A DNA stretch of 64,000 nucleotides, taken from the NCBI RefSeq assembly GCF_006345805.1, contig NW_021836129.1, positions 186,001-250,000 of the forward strand. Direction: 5' to 3'. Each line of letters starts with the position of its first letter. Position 1 is the stretch's first letter. The position numbers were made by a program, and so were the translations under genes. The stretch is from Octopus sinensis. Its lineage: Eukaryota. Of this stretch, positions 39,891-52,680 are shown one piece after another. Under the pieces are notes generated by a model. That model made no database searches. It was not told the origin of the DNA and saw nothing but the letters and a program-made list of their open reading frames with translations.

Positions 39891-42259
39891 CTGATTATTT
39901 TTAATAGCACATCCACGACAAAAAGAAAGTCATAATCTTCTCTTCGCGTGTGCCACACCCTGGACAATTTTGCTCTTCTTTAGATAGTGATTTTTTGAAG
40001 GCTGTCTAGATCGTCTGTGCTTCATAGAGTATCGAAAGCTCGTTTGCAAATAGATCACATTTGTGGAATTTCTCAATTTCTACTTGTTTGAGACGGTTTT
40101 GTGAACCTAAATTACCGTAAAAGGCACATTGGAATTTGAAAGCCAACAAATCCATATATTCCGTCGGTCATTCAAGTGGAAAAAAATTGACTTTTTGTGC
40201 GTTCTTATAAAGAGAAGTCAACACCCAATTACAGGATATTTTCTAATCTAGATTGCAGATTGAAGACCAAAGGAAATTCTTATTTTGGCTTCTTTTGATC
40301 GCTTTTAGAGGATAAAGTTGCTACTTCAATTAATTAGTTTAATAGATAAAAGTTATCGATTATTTTTTAAATAATTTATAAATAGTTTATGATTTGTTAT
40401 TTTTTTAAAGTTTTTCAAGAAATTGGTTCGATTGAATTTGTTTCCCGATTTTATTTAGCCAACAAATTTCTGAGGCCAAGTCTGTGATTGATTTTTGTAG
40501 GGGTAGTAATGAGTGATCAATGTGTAGGCAACCGAGTTTAGATGAGTTAAAAAAAATGTAAAACTGTTATCCTGAGTTGCGGGTTCAATGAGTCGAGCCA
40601 TAACCTGCAATATTTGGAAGGCGAAACCCCAAATCAAGTCCATCAATTCAGCTTGCCTAAAATATTTCCAGAGTTCAGTTTTGTATCAGAAAAGTCGAAT
40701 ATTTTTTGAGAATTGAATTTTGTGAAATAATTGGGTGTGGGGGGAACTCGAGAATTACAGCCATTTTTCCTTTTCTTTTAACATAAATTTGTTCTCTGTT
40801 TTCAATAGTTAGGGCTAATTCGCGTTTACTGACCAGGACGAACCATTGAGACTTATAAATGCAGTTTTAATTCAGAAATAACTCAAATTTCCATTTTCAA
40901 AAAAGAACCAACTTGGAGCGATTTCAGTTTTTTTTGTTGTATTGTTTAGATTTGGACGATTTTTATTGCATCGGCGTGACATTCGCGAACCATCCAGTTT
41001 TTGTGTTCAGGTTGATTCCTTTTAAAGTACTCTCAAGCAATGTGGCCGTGGAGGGTGCCATAACGAAGAATGTATTGCCTTTTGTTGCGGAAGATTTAGC
41101 GACTGGCCTGTGTATAGCTGACGTTGATCTTGATGTACTTCTTGAAATATTAGTCAACACATTTTCGAATGTACTGTGTCTAATTACACTCCAGAATCTC
41201 TTCGTTTGAAAATTGGTGGACAGTCATACTTTGGTTCTTAAAGCGGTCGCTTCGCCTCCAACACCCATCAAAGCTGCTGGGATGACACAAATGATAAGTT
41301 CGGCCAATGATGTGTTGTATACACCTCCAAGAGCTCAACAAATATATGAATGCAGATTCTCGTCCCTGCTGTTGAACGTATTTCGAATTGATATAGAATT
41401 TTACGTTGTATCCTAATACCTGGTTGTATCTATAAGAGGAGTGCACCTTCTACAAGTACTATATATATTTAAGTGTTACCATAACTATGACATTATCGAA
41501 CAAGTCGTACTTGAGAAAATTCCATTACTATATAATCAGGATTGTTAACTGCTTATTAATTCTCATTAACTTGAATAAATATTTAGAACAGTTAAGGATA
41601 TTGTTTTACTTATAAAAAGCAGTTGGTTCCTATAATAAAAAAATAATAATTAACTCTCTCTTGTTCTCCCCTGATCTTGAAAATTGTGTGGCTGGCAAAA
41701 GTCTTTTTATGACCCCTGAGATCGTGAAAGTGTTATGTTGTTGTTCCTATAATAGCGAGATGAATCCCGGATTGGCTGTTTTTGGAGATCGGGTAATCTG
41801 CGAGTAATATAAACCCTACAAGCAAGGATTTCTTATTTTAAAATATGCAATTATCGATACATGGATATTTAGTCATTTAAGGTCACCTGAGGAAACTTTT
41901 GGTAGCCGAATAAATTTTAAATCACTATTCGGTTATGTTTCAAAATGTCGGGATCAGAGTTAACATGTCAATTATGACAGAAATATGATTCCAATACAAT
42001 AAACCTGACATTTTTTATGACAAACTAAAAACCAAGTACTTTAATTGAAGTAGACGCTACTTCAAAGAAAGTTGAATTGGATAAATTTGACAAATACGCT
42101 TGTAAAAAAACTAATTTTTTTTAACTATGAATTTCTAACTATGAATATGAATTGCTTGCAAATAAATTGTCGGTTCTTTTTGAAACAAGATTAAAAATTA
42201 TTTCGATAGTCTTGACATAAGATGGAGTTGTCTCAAAATTCTTTAAAATTCATATAGAT

Positions 42260-43190
42260 AAATTATTATTAAAACACGAAGACCAACGTCTTTTTACTGT
42301 GCGAACAAACTGGAGCTGTGTTTAATCAGATCCTCCAGAGAGGCCAGTCTGGGACGTTTAATTACTGTGCGACCAACTTTCGGTTAATCTGTGAGCATTT
42401 TTTGGGGCTCCTCAATTCGCCTTCTGTTAGATCTGGATAACTGTGTTTCTCATGATGCGCAGGCGTAGGAAATGGACGGTTTAAAGTATTGACGATAAAT
42501 ATTTGCCAATAGCGAGTGAGAATCGTTTTTCCCATAAACGGATAGGCTTTTGATCACGTTCGTTTTTTCTCACATTTGCGAAGTAGGTTGTCTATGTGCG
42601 GAGAGAAAAAAAGGTGCATGTCAAGGGTCACTCCTAGAACTTTCTGACTTTTGCTGGAGGGTATTGACACATTTTTCAACTTCAAATCGACCGGTTATGA
42701 GTTATCCATAGATTGACCCAATCCAAGTTAGCTTATGAAAGAACAATATCATTATTGTCGAGGGAGGGCAGGAGATCTTCCATAAAAAAGTTAAAAAGAG
42801 GGATCCCTGGGGTATTCCGTTGGGCAGGAGTTGAGACGTGGACTTCAGGCCTCCGAGGCACACCCTTCCCTTCGTCCACTTAGAAAGTTAATAAGTCTAT
42901 AGTTTGAGTTTTTGAATATTTTGGAGCTTTCACGGGACAGAGTCAAAGGCTTTGTGGATGCCTACAAAGCAAAGCACGGTTTTTTGGTGTCTTAGTTTGC
43001 TTGAAAAACTGGAACAAATGAATTCCGTCAAAAACTCTTTTATTCTTCATAAACCATTTTTTCGAGAATTTTGGATATAAATCGTCTCTTGGTCTTCCAG
43101 GTTTCAGTATCGGCCTTATTAGAGCCTGTTTCCACAATGACGGAATCACATTCTGGTTGATCGAGTAGTTGAAGATAGCCGTATATTTTA
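42260..43190 (-). mobile_element. Decayed APE-LINE (RT plus 3' end with TAA tail)
   Basis: WKQALIRPILKPG, PNGIPQGS, KVLGVTLD and FSPHIDN; 3' end GACGTTGGTCTT..TAATAATAA. Confidence 0.8.
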
Positions 43191-43321
43191 AAAATAGTAA
43201 TTTTTGGTGATAAAAATCAATATGAAGGAAATTGATTTAAAATAACAAGCTGAATTAATAAATCAGAACAAATAGACATTAATTATATATATTATAATAT
43301 ACAAATTAATATTAATAGTGA

Positions 43322-45427
43322 ATGTCAAAACATGTTTTATTTGAGGATGAATTAATACAAAATGAAGCAGATTTCCTTCCAGAAACAATCAAAAAAAGGA
43401 TACATATAATCGCGGAAAGACTAAGGGAAAGAACTGCTCACTACAAAGCCTTGATCATGAAGGATGAAGAGTCTGAAGACGATGGATCGGAGACTTCAAA
43501 GGAAGATCAAAGTGGAATATTTAACTGATATATATTTAGGTGAGTCTGAAATAGAGATTGAGGTGAGTAAAGTAAAAGGAATTCGTTTTAAATGGAAATA
43601 TAATCAAACTATTAATAGAGAAGGTATATATATTAATTATATATTAAATTAACAAATAAAATATATTTCAAATATAATAGGAAATTTATATTTTTCATGG
43701 CTTTGTGTTGTCTCGTTGGCATATTTTTACAATTCATTTTTCCTCACATTGCGGAGTTCAATGGACGTATATCAAAAGGACAATTTTTTGAAAAAAATTT
43801 GGTGTTTTGCTGACTATTTTTGCGATTTTATTTACCTTATGGACATGTTTTATATAAAACCAAGATTAGAATATATACAAAATGGAATATTAATAGTATA
43901 TTCTATGTATACGAATATTAGAACGACTATAAACAAACTAGAAAATACTATTTTTCTTCAAAACTTTTTAAAGTTTTCTTGATTTAAATATTTTTTGGTG
44001 GAAATCCTTTCTATTTTGCCCACAGATTTGTTCTACTTTGTCACCATGTCTTTGGACATCCCATTTATTAGACTAAATAGAATATTAAAAGTAACCCCAC
44101 ATCAACCTATCTTGATAATATATTTTATTATATATTTTAAAAATATATTAAAAATATAAATTTAATAAAAATAATAATTTATACTAGATTCATTCATTTT
44201 TTGAATTCTGGCGACTATTCGACCGAAAGTCCAAATTCGGCTACATAGTCAGGTTTTTTGTCCCCACTAAAAAAGAGTCACCAAAATAGTCAGCTACATG
44301 ATCTTCCTCATACATATAGAAGCCTGTGGATACTACCTAATCTCCAAATACGAAATTCTCTACGGATCCCAAATCCCTTTCGTTGCCATGGAAACTCCCG
44401 CCAAAAATAAAACAAGCAACAAATGGATATATAATGGAGAAGGAATGGCCTACATTCGGTGTTTCTACGTGGCCCTGAAGACTGCCTCCTCCATCGGGAA
44501 CAACATTCCGCCGGAGACATTCGCGGAAATATGTTTCATGGGGGTGTACTGGATCCTCGGCATATTTATATTCGCTCTGCTGGCTGGCCAGGTAGAAAAG
44601 GCGGGCTTATTGGGAGATTCAAGACATTTTTGGGTCGGCCACAACGGCCAAGATAAACTACCAGGCCTCGATGGATCAGGCTATTCATTATTTGCAGACA
44701 AATAGGCTGTCAGATGAGTTGGTGGAGAAGGTTAGGGCGTGGTATATGTATAGTTGGAAATATCAAAAATGCTTGGGTTATTTGTGGGGAATTTATGGGT
44801 AGATGAGTCGGAGTTTGTGGATATATTGCCTAAAAAATTACAAGAGTCCATTGCTGTTAATATTCATTTAAAAATTATTAAAAAAGTGAAGTTGTTTAAG
44901 GTTTGTACCCACAACGTTACATGTGGTTTATTAATTTATTATTTTTATTAAATAATAATTATTATTTATGAAAAATAAATAAATATAATTATTTAGGGTT
45001 TTAGTGAAGATTTATTAATAGAATTGGTGTGTCGACTAACATCGAGCATATTTCTTCCAGGGGAGTTTGTATGCAAAAAGGGGGACATTGGCAGAGAAAT
45101 GTACATCATTGCCAATGGACTACTCGACGTGGTTGGGGGAGAGAACAACGAGACAATTTTCGTCACACTCCAGCCGGGGACTGCCTTTGGGGAGATCAGG
45201 TTAGGGGGTCCTGGGAGTGTAGTCTGATGGGATTGGAAGGGAGTAACAGAAGGACGGCCAATGTTGTGTCGAGGGGATTCACCTACCTTTATAGTCTTTC
45301 CAAAACTGATTTTGAGACCACTATGGCTTTCTATCCTCAGTCTTATTCTCTGCTTAAGAAAAGTGTCAAAAAGAAACTTAATAAACAAAAACCTAAAACT
45401 TTATTTAATCCTTTAATTTTTCGATAA
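43322..45427 (+). CDS. Cyclic nucleotide-gated channel, beta-type subunit (CNGB/TAX-2-like), ~559 aa, 11 exons
   Basis: S4 IRLNRILK; pore KTASSIGNNIPPET; CNBD VCKKGDIGREMYII, FGEISL, RRTANV. Introns 43512-43539, 43624-43680, 43896-43921, 43973-43997 (GT-TG), 44091-44187, 44253-44275, 44592-44616, 44777-44802, 44901-44996, 45200-45222 give a 1680-nt frame. Confidence 0.93.
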
Positions 45428-46679
45428 TTTATTTTTAATAAACTTTATATAACTTTTTTTAATCTAATATTATTTGATTAACCTCCACAATTAATATATA
45501 AAAACCGTTAAATAAATTGATAAAAATTTTAGCCTATAAAATGTTTAAAAAATCGGCAAGATAATAAATTTTTGATTTGAAAGTAAAATTATTAAATTGA
45601 TTGGCTTAATCATGCTGCATATTATCACGCAAAAACAAAGATATTGCGTGATAAAGTTCACAAATTGTCTAAAGAATTTTTCCCCTTGAAAGCCACTTGA
45701 TTTCAGAATGATAAACTATACATGCAGCTTTCTTTTGCAATAATCATTAAGACCTATTTGTTTTAGATACAAATTAAAATTACAGCATCTAATCTCGGTT
45801 TATTTTGGGATTTATTAAAGCATTCAAGCTTTGGCTGTGAATCAAATGTTATTTTTTTGACTTTAAAATATTTATGTGAGCAACAATTTTCTGGGTGTAC
45901 AGACTCTTTGTGGCGCCTAAATTTAGAAGGCTAATAAAATCAAGTACTTTTAATGTTTTTGATTTATACTTATTTAAAAAAATTAGTTTAAACATTAATA
46001 TATTTTTATTTTTCATTATTTCTAGAAACCACTGAAAATTTTCTGGGACCACGGTTGAGAACCATCGCATTAAAAAATCAATTAAAAGTATTACATTAAT
46101 TAAATGTCTTATTGAAAGCATGATTCCTTGTGAATTTACTTCGATAAACATATTATTCCTGGAAAGACTGGCTGTAGAGCCAATCGAATTTGTTCAATTT
46201 GTCCAAATGCTTTTTCCTGGTTATCTTTTACCTTTCTGTGATCAAATTGGTGGTCCATTGCTAGATCGAGTGTCGACAAAGACTCCAGGACAATAAAATC
46301 CTGTATAAATCCAAAAAATCAGATTTTTTGATATTTTATTAAAAATCATGATTTTTAACAACCCTGGTTTAAATGTACAATTCTATCAAACTATTAGCAA
46401 TTCGGCTACATCTACAATACACAAATTCATATTCCAATATCTAACAAGCACTTGAGAAGTATTCCTATCAAACACTTGTCTATAACTAACCATCTTTAAA
46501 TATGTTCTCAAAAAGTAATATGTCACTAAGAACAAACAGCACCATATGAACATTTATGTTTAAGACACAAATGGAGACACAGTTCTCTGCTAAATAATAG
46601 AACAAATAATGTCACTAAATAAGAAACAAATGACAATGAATAAAAAACCCATTTAGTTATTCTGATAATATGAGGGAGA

Positions 46680-47100
46680 CCAATCATATTTGCAATAGTA
46701 TTGAGTCGGATACATGAAATATCGAAAGGAGAAGTATAAAACGTGTCGGATAATACTCAATTGGATATAAATAATATGTACAACACGGCACATATATTAG
46801 ATTACTATACGAGGACTGATTTTGGATATTCTCAATCTCGGATAGTGTTATTTGATCAAAAAAGAGAAATTCTAAATTATCTTATTGATAACTCTTCTCT
46901 GAGTTTATGTCGTGTTTCAAAAAATTAGGTTTAACATTTTTTAGCCAATTTTCATTAATGCTTTGCGCAAATATGATTGGATCTGATAAAACAACCCCAT
47001 TGATTAACGGAAAGTTTAAGAATCCATGCGGACCACTGGACTAGAATATAAGAAATGATTGGTAATTATTCAAGATATCGGCTTTAAGGTTCTTAAGATC
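46680..47100 (+). mobile_element. Tc1/IS630-like transposase N-terminal remnant
   Basis: GRP, and REILNYLIDNSSLSL HTH-like segment; heavily decayed. Confidence 0.35.
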
Positions 47101-47776
47101 AATTAATTTTAGAGTTTTGATTGATTTCTTGCAGTGTGTACGACATATCAGTCCAGTTTGGAATTTCAAAATTGTAAGAAAAAGAAAATTGGAAATAAAG
47201 TTAAGCGATAAAAAGTCAAGTTATGAAAATTATTAAAAATAGAAATAACTAAAAAATCCAAAGTTTTTATAAAAATCAAAGTCATATGACAAATCAACTA
47301 TATGATCAGACATATATTAGTAAAATCTTTTCAAGCTGTCTTAAAATAATGAAATGTTCATTAGACGACAATTCAACGTTTACACCCAATTTTTCTGAAG
47401 AAAATTCGTCCAATATCGATTGTTTGAATAAAACCCTAACCTTATTCAGAGCCTTAACTAGTTGATCACAGACTTTATGGACCCGTCTAATAAGATTTGA
47501 TATTAGACAAATTATTGATTAGACGAATTGTTTTTAGTTCAATATTTCATTGAACAAATTTTGATAATGTCTAAAACGAGAAGCAAACATAAAAAAACAT
47601 ATACGGGTCGGCAAATACTTTTGGAAAAGAGTTAATTTTTTACATTTTTGGGAAATTCAAAAAATTGAAAAGCCGCCTGATGTAGTGTTCTAATGTTTGG
47701 CTAAACGTGACCAAAAAGTAATTTATTAAATAAATAATAAAGTTTATTTTATATGAAATTATCTAGATAACCCTAA

Positions 47777-49767
47777 TCAGTACTGTTTGGGATCTAAAAT
47801 ACCAAAGGCGGGAAAACTTTTATATAAAACAGTGGCGGGAAGACTCGACCGATTATTACACCGAACCACAATATTGAGACTCTGTGAGCCTCGTGCATAT
47901 TCCACAGGGTAAAAAGGGACCTTGCAGACCAAATGCATCTACCAGTAAATGAGAACACCCACCGGGGCTGACAGGTCGGCATCGATCAAAGCCTGGACAC
48001 TCCAGGAGTATTTTTTGCCTGAGGGATTATCACACTCTGTAATTTTGTCATAAAACAGAACGAATGAATTCTTAAGAAAATTCTTGCCGATAATTGCCAC
48101 GTCATTTCCCGCGTAAACTAATGGCGGGATTATTTTGGTAATTTCCGGGTTCCCCACTGGCTGCACTATCAGACTATTATTCAGTGGCGAACCACAGGTA
48201 ATAGGATTACTCCTAATCTGCACTACATTGTACCCCTCCTCTCCACAGGGCACTATAGCGCGGTATATCAGACAACACTTTGATGTCTTCTTTCTACTTT
48301 TCACCCCAAATCTGTGCTCCACGTCCGAATTCCGCAACTTTATTATCCCAATTCCGTCATTTCTAATATATTTAATATTCATACACAATATATATTTATA
48401 TATACAATATTTAATATATTTATTTAATTAATATATTTATTTAAACATAATAAATATATTTAATATTTATATACACAATTGTCATGGTGGGATCCACAAA
48501 GTCATATTCGAGCACGTTTATTCCGTCGATTGTCAACTCCCGCGGAATCACCGTGTTTTTTTGAGGAGCGCGGGAAATTTGGTAGAATAAACTAGGCACC
48601 CCCACATTCCCTTCTGTCCCAATAAACACGTGCAATCGTGCCCTTTCTCCGTGATATCCAAACAACTGGGAATCACGGTGGGGGGTACTTTCACGGTGGG
48701 GAAGGACGACTGGGAGACATCCCTCAGGGTTGTTCTACTCCCCTCAGTCAGGTACCGGGCTCGGTGATACATGTCTGGTTGGAAGACAATCTTCAGGGTC
48801 ACATTACCCACGTGTTTTGGGAATTTTGTAAAAAGGGAGGGAAAACTGTTCTCGTTCAACATTTGTATCCTATTTGTAAAATGGCGGGCTTTTCTACGGC
48901 AAAAAATTGTTGGGGATGTTTCGGAATGGCTACTTTTTTGGAATTTATTTCTGCAATTTTTTGGTTTTCTAATTCCCGCCTTTTTATTAGGGTAACCACC
49001 TCACCTTGTTTGGTACTCTTCCTTTATTAGGGGGACTAAATTCAGTGGAACGACTCCCCGGGGTCTAAAATCACGTGTTAGAGTACTACAGCATCCGAGG
49101 ACTGTGCCACTGTGTCAAACAACTCAGAATCAGGTCTCAGAGGGGAGGCGTCTTTAAAAGGACATTTCTGGCCCGCCAATTCCCCGGTTTCTGAGTTGTA
49201 GAGTGGCGACCCTACACAGGAATAGTAGTTCATTGTGGATTGAGTGACGTGGGGTGGTTTTGTGGTTGTTATTTGTGCATTGTTTGTGGCTGTTTGGTAC
49301 ATGTCTGTGTATGTGTATGAATTATTAGGTAGGAGAGGACATTGGGGATTGTTGGAGGACTTGTCTTCACCCCCCACTGAAGTCAGTTGGCGGAAGAGTT
49401 CACTCAAAGCAGTCCTCTCTTCAGGATTTGACATTGCGTTTTGAAAAAGTGATAATAATGTGCTCTTTGTGGGTTGAGCAACATAATTGTCTGAGGGTGT
49501 CTCGAAGGGGGGATAAAACATGGAGGAGTAATTGTCCTCTGTGTGCATTTTGGTGTTAGTAGAAGGCTGAACATCGAATGGAGGGAAAAAATAAGTCTGG
49601 TCTTGACTATTTAAAATGTTTCTAGAAGGTTCTATGTGTGCTGTGGGTTCGAATTGGTTAAAAAAGTTGTCTTGATATATTGGGTTATTTTTATCTTGTT
49701 TATCTGGATAAATATTTATTGAAATACCATTTTGATTGCTGCCAGTGTTGAATTGGTTTTCTTCCAT
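47777..49767 (-). CDS. NFAT5: NFAT5-like Rel-homology-domain transcription factor, ~584 aa, 7 exons
   Basis: LKIVFQP..HRARYLTEGSR, FPTVK, GIIKLRNSDVE, QPVGNPEI, IIGKNFLK, HLVCKVP. Introns 49065-49089, 48980-49004, 48666-48688, 48363-48474, 48166-48192, 47939-47962 give a 1755-nt frame. Confidence 0.93.
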
Positions 49768-50100
49768 TTATATTTTTTAGTAGATAAATCTTAAGGAAAC
49801 CACATTAATGAGGTCAAAATGATGAATTAGTCCTTTATTATCTTTAGGTTAACCAGATTAGATAATTTTATTATTAAAAATAAAATCAATAACATATAAT
49901 TAATGTAAATTATAAATATTTAATTTAATATTAATTTTATTTTGTTTAATATAGTTTTTCCGTAATTAAAACATATATGTACAAATAAAATGAAACTTTT
50001 ATGGAATTAAAATAATTTAAATTAATTATATATTTAATAAAATATTATTATAAATATTTAAAATAAAAACTTTTAAATAAAACTTTGTTTTGTGGGGTAT

Positions 50101-51233
50101 ATGGAGAACTGTTTTGGAGACAATTTATTGTCCTTGAATTCTCCAAAATTATTCAAAAACGTGCCTATAAATTGGAAATGCATGAAATGGACAATTCAAG
50201 ACCTTCAAGAAATATTCAAAAACGATTCCTTAAATTTCCAAATCGGCAAAAAACTAAAATCCGGTAAAAAAAACACCTCAAAAAACCCCAGAAATTGAAT
50301 TCGAAAACGAACGAATACAAATACAAACAACAATAAAAGAATTCCTAAATTGGCTCCACAACAACCCAGTGGAAGGTCCCCTATCCAACTACCACCCCCA
50401 CGACTACTTTGCCTACTGTTCATACCAATATATGTTCAAATTATTCAAAAAAGAGCGCCAAATATTAACAGTAAAATAAACGTCTCTGATTGGTCAATTT
50501 CCAGGGCGTTGATTGGTCAATATTTGGATTTAAAAATTACTCAGAAAAGGACTCCACCCTCTGGCTGGGGTCCCCGGGTGCCTTCACTCCTCTCCACTAC
50601 GACACGTATGGAGTCAATTTGGTGGTACAAATATTCGGGAGGAAGAGATGGACTCTTTTCCCGCCATCCGATACCACTAATTTGTACCCCACGAGGGTCC
50701 CCTATGAAGAATCCTCAGTTTTTAGTCCGGTTAACCCAAATAATCCAGATTTAAATAAATTTCCGGATTTTGTGGTAAAAAATTGGTTTTTTTTGGTAGA
50801 AAGTTTCTCCGGTTGTGTTTGAACTGAATTCTGGGGATGTTTTTTACGTTCCGCGACACTGGTGGCATTTTGTGGAGAACCTGGAACCTTCGTTGTCCAT
50901 AAACTGTTGGATGGAAATCGTTATTTTCCGTTTTTTCAGTTTTTTTAGCCACAGGATGACGGAGAACGAGAATTGGAGTCGATTGTGAATGTTTTGCATT
51001 CTGTTTTTGTCAATTCTGGTTTTGAGGGTTGTTCTACGTGGACGAATGATCAAGGAAATGTTTTTTGACTGTTTTTTGAGGATTTTTAGGTGCAAAATGT
51101 GGAGGAGAGTGTTCGGCTTCTTAATCAGATTTTTGTTTCTGGGGGAATTAGTGTTAAGGATTTTTTTAATGTTGTCACGTCGAGGGATGTAATTGAGTTA
51201 ATTTCGAATTTAATTAAAAAAAAGTTTTTTTAA
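50101..51233 (+). CDS. HSPBAP1: HSPB1-associated protein 1-like JmjC/cupin protein, ~327 aa, 6 exons
   Basis: LWLGSPGAFTPLHYDTYG.NLV.QIFGRKRW.LFPP, LYPTRVPYEESSVFS, VPRHWWHFVE. Introns 50264-50291, 50471-50504, 50772-50799, 50920-50948, 51060-51089 give a 984-nt frame. Confidence 0.92.
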
Positions 51234-52429
51234 TTTTTTTAATAAAATATTATAAATATTTAGTGTTGTGGAGTATGGAAAATGATACTATTTATTTGTT
51301 GTTAAAACTAGTACTGGGGATTCTTATTGTGCTTGTACTAGGCTTTATTATTAGATATATATGGTGATATATTTAATATATATTTTAGGAAACGTATTAA
51401 GTATCGGGCTCCCTTTCCGTTAGGTCCAGACATCTTTCCATAGACTCCCCACTGAGCTTTCCGAAGAAGTCGCAGTGTATGATGTTACTCTTCCTGACAC
51501 AACTAAGGCTTAATATCACATTATTAAGTTTTTACTGATCAGATAAAAATCTTTTTTTATTTTTTGTTTCTTATTGAACCAACCTTTTATTTTTAGAACA
51601 TTCCGAATACACGTGATATGTCTCACATATCTGGATATATCATTTTTGTCTCCTGTGTTTTTTAGACATTAGTGAAACTAAAAAATTTAAAATTATGATT
51701 TTTCTGTATTCAAATTACTTATATTAGTGATATAACACAATATTGTCTGTGCACTGTATTAGAGATTGAGCTAATGGTTTTAAAAAGCACATTTGTGACG
51801 ACGGACATGTGATTTTTCGGTGGAGAATGACCAGATTGATCATGTCATGGGGAGAGCTGTTGTTTATTGATGATATTTGAAAATTGAATTTAAATATCCG
51901 ATTTTTTTGTTAGTACAGATTGTTTTAATACGATCTGACAATTTTCCTTAATGAAGAAATACGTCAACGTTATTATTTCGCTTGTAATCAGCGACAAAGG
52001 TTATTATAATGTCATAAATAATGTTATTGGTTTAAAATTAATAAAGGCAATTGGCTTTTTGCGGTTTTGTTGTGGGACTAACAATTTTTGTGTACGTCGG
52101 AAATATTTTACTTAAGTTTTCTCTGAATATAACTTTTTGGTTATTTTCTAGAAAAAAATGTTTAGAATTATTTTTTATCGTAATTAACTAAACATATTTT
52201 TTGTGTTCTGAGTGTTATGTTAATTTTTATTGACTTTATAGGGCTTTTAGTGTGTAGTCAAATAAAATGTTTTTTTTAATTGAAGAATTTAAATGACTAA
52301 TTTATTTGGACCACTAAAAATATACGGTTTTTTTATGTTTTTTTAATAAAAAATTATTTAACCAAAAGTAAATTCTATTTTAAAAATCACTTCCTCTTTC
52401 CTCAGAAAAGCAATTAAGAAATGCTAAAA

Positions 52430-52680
52430 TCATGAAAATTTTTTCCGAATCGATGCTAAGTCCGTTTTTTTCGAATTGAGCTTCAGGAACCACCTCTTCA
52501 GAACTGTTGTGAATTTATACGCTACCGATGTAGGAATCTTCACATCTTCAGACACAAAATCGATGTCGGCCGCGTATATTAGTTCCACAAAATGAGTATT
52601 TAAGTCAACGGTTCTCATCCTAGGGTCGATTCGAGGGGCTGAAAATCAGCCCAGATTGATCGTAAGGGGTCGAAAATGAA
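52430..52680 (-). mobile_element. LINE RT fragment (second family)
   Basis: ELIYAADIDF (a YADD variant) and KRWFLKLNSKKT. Confidence 0.5.
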
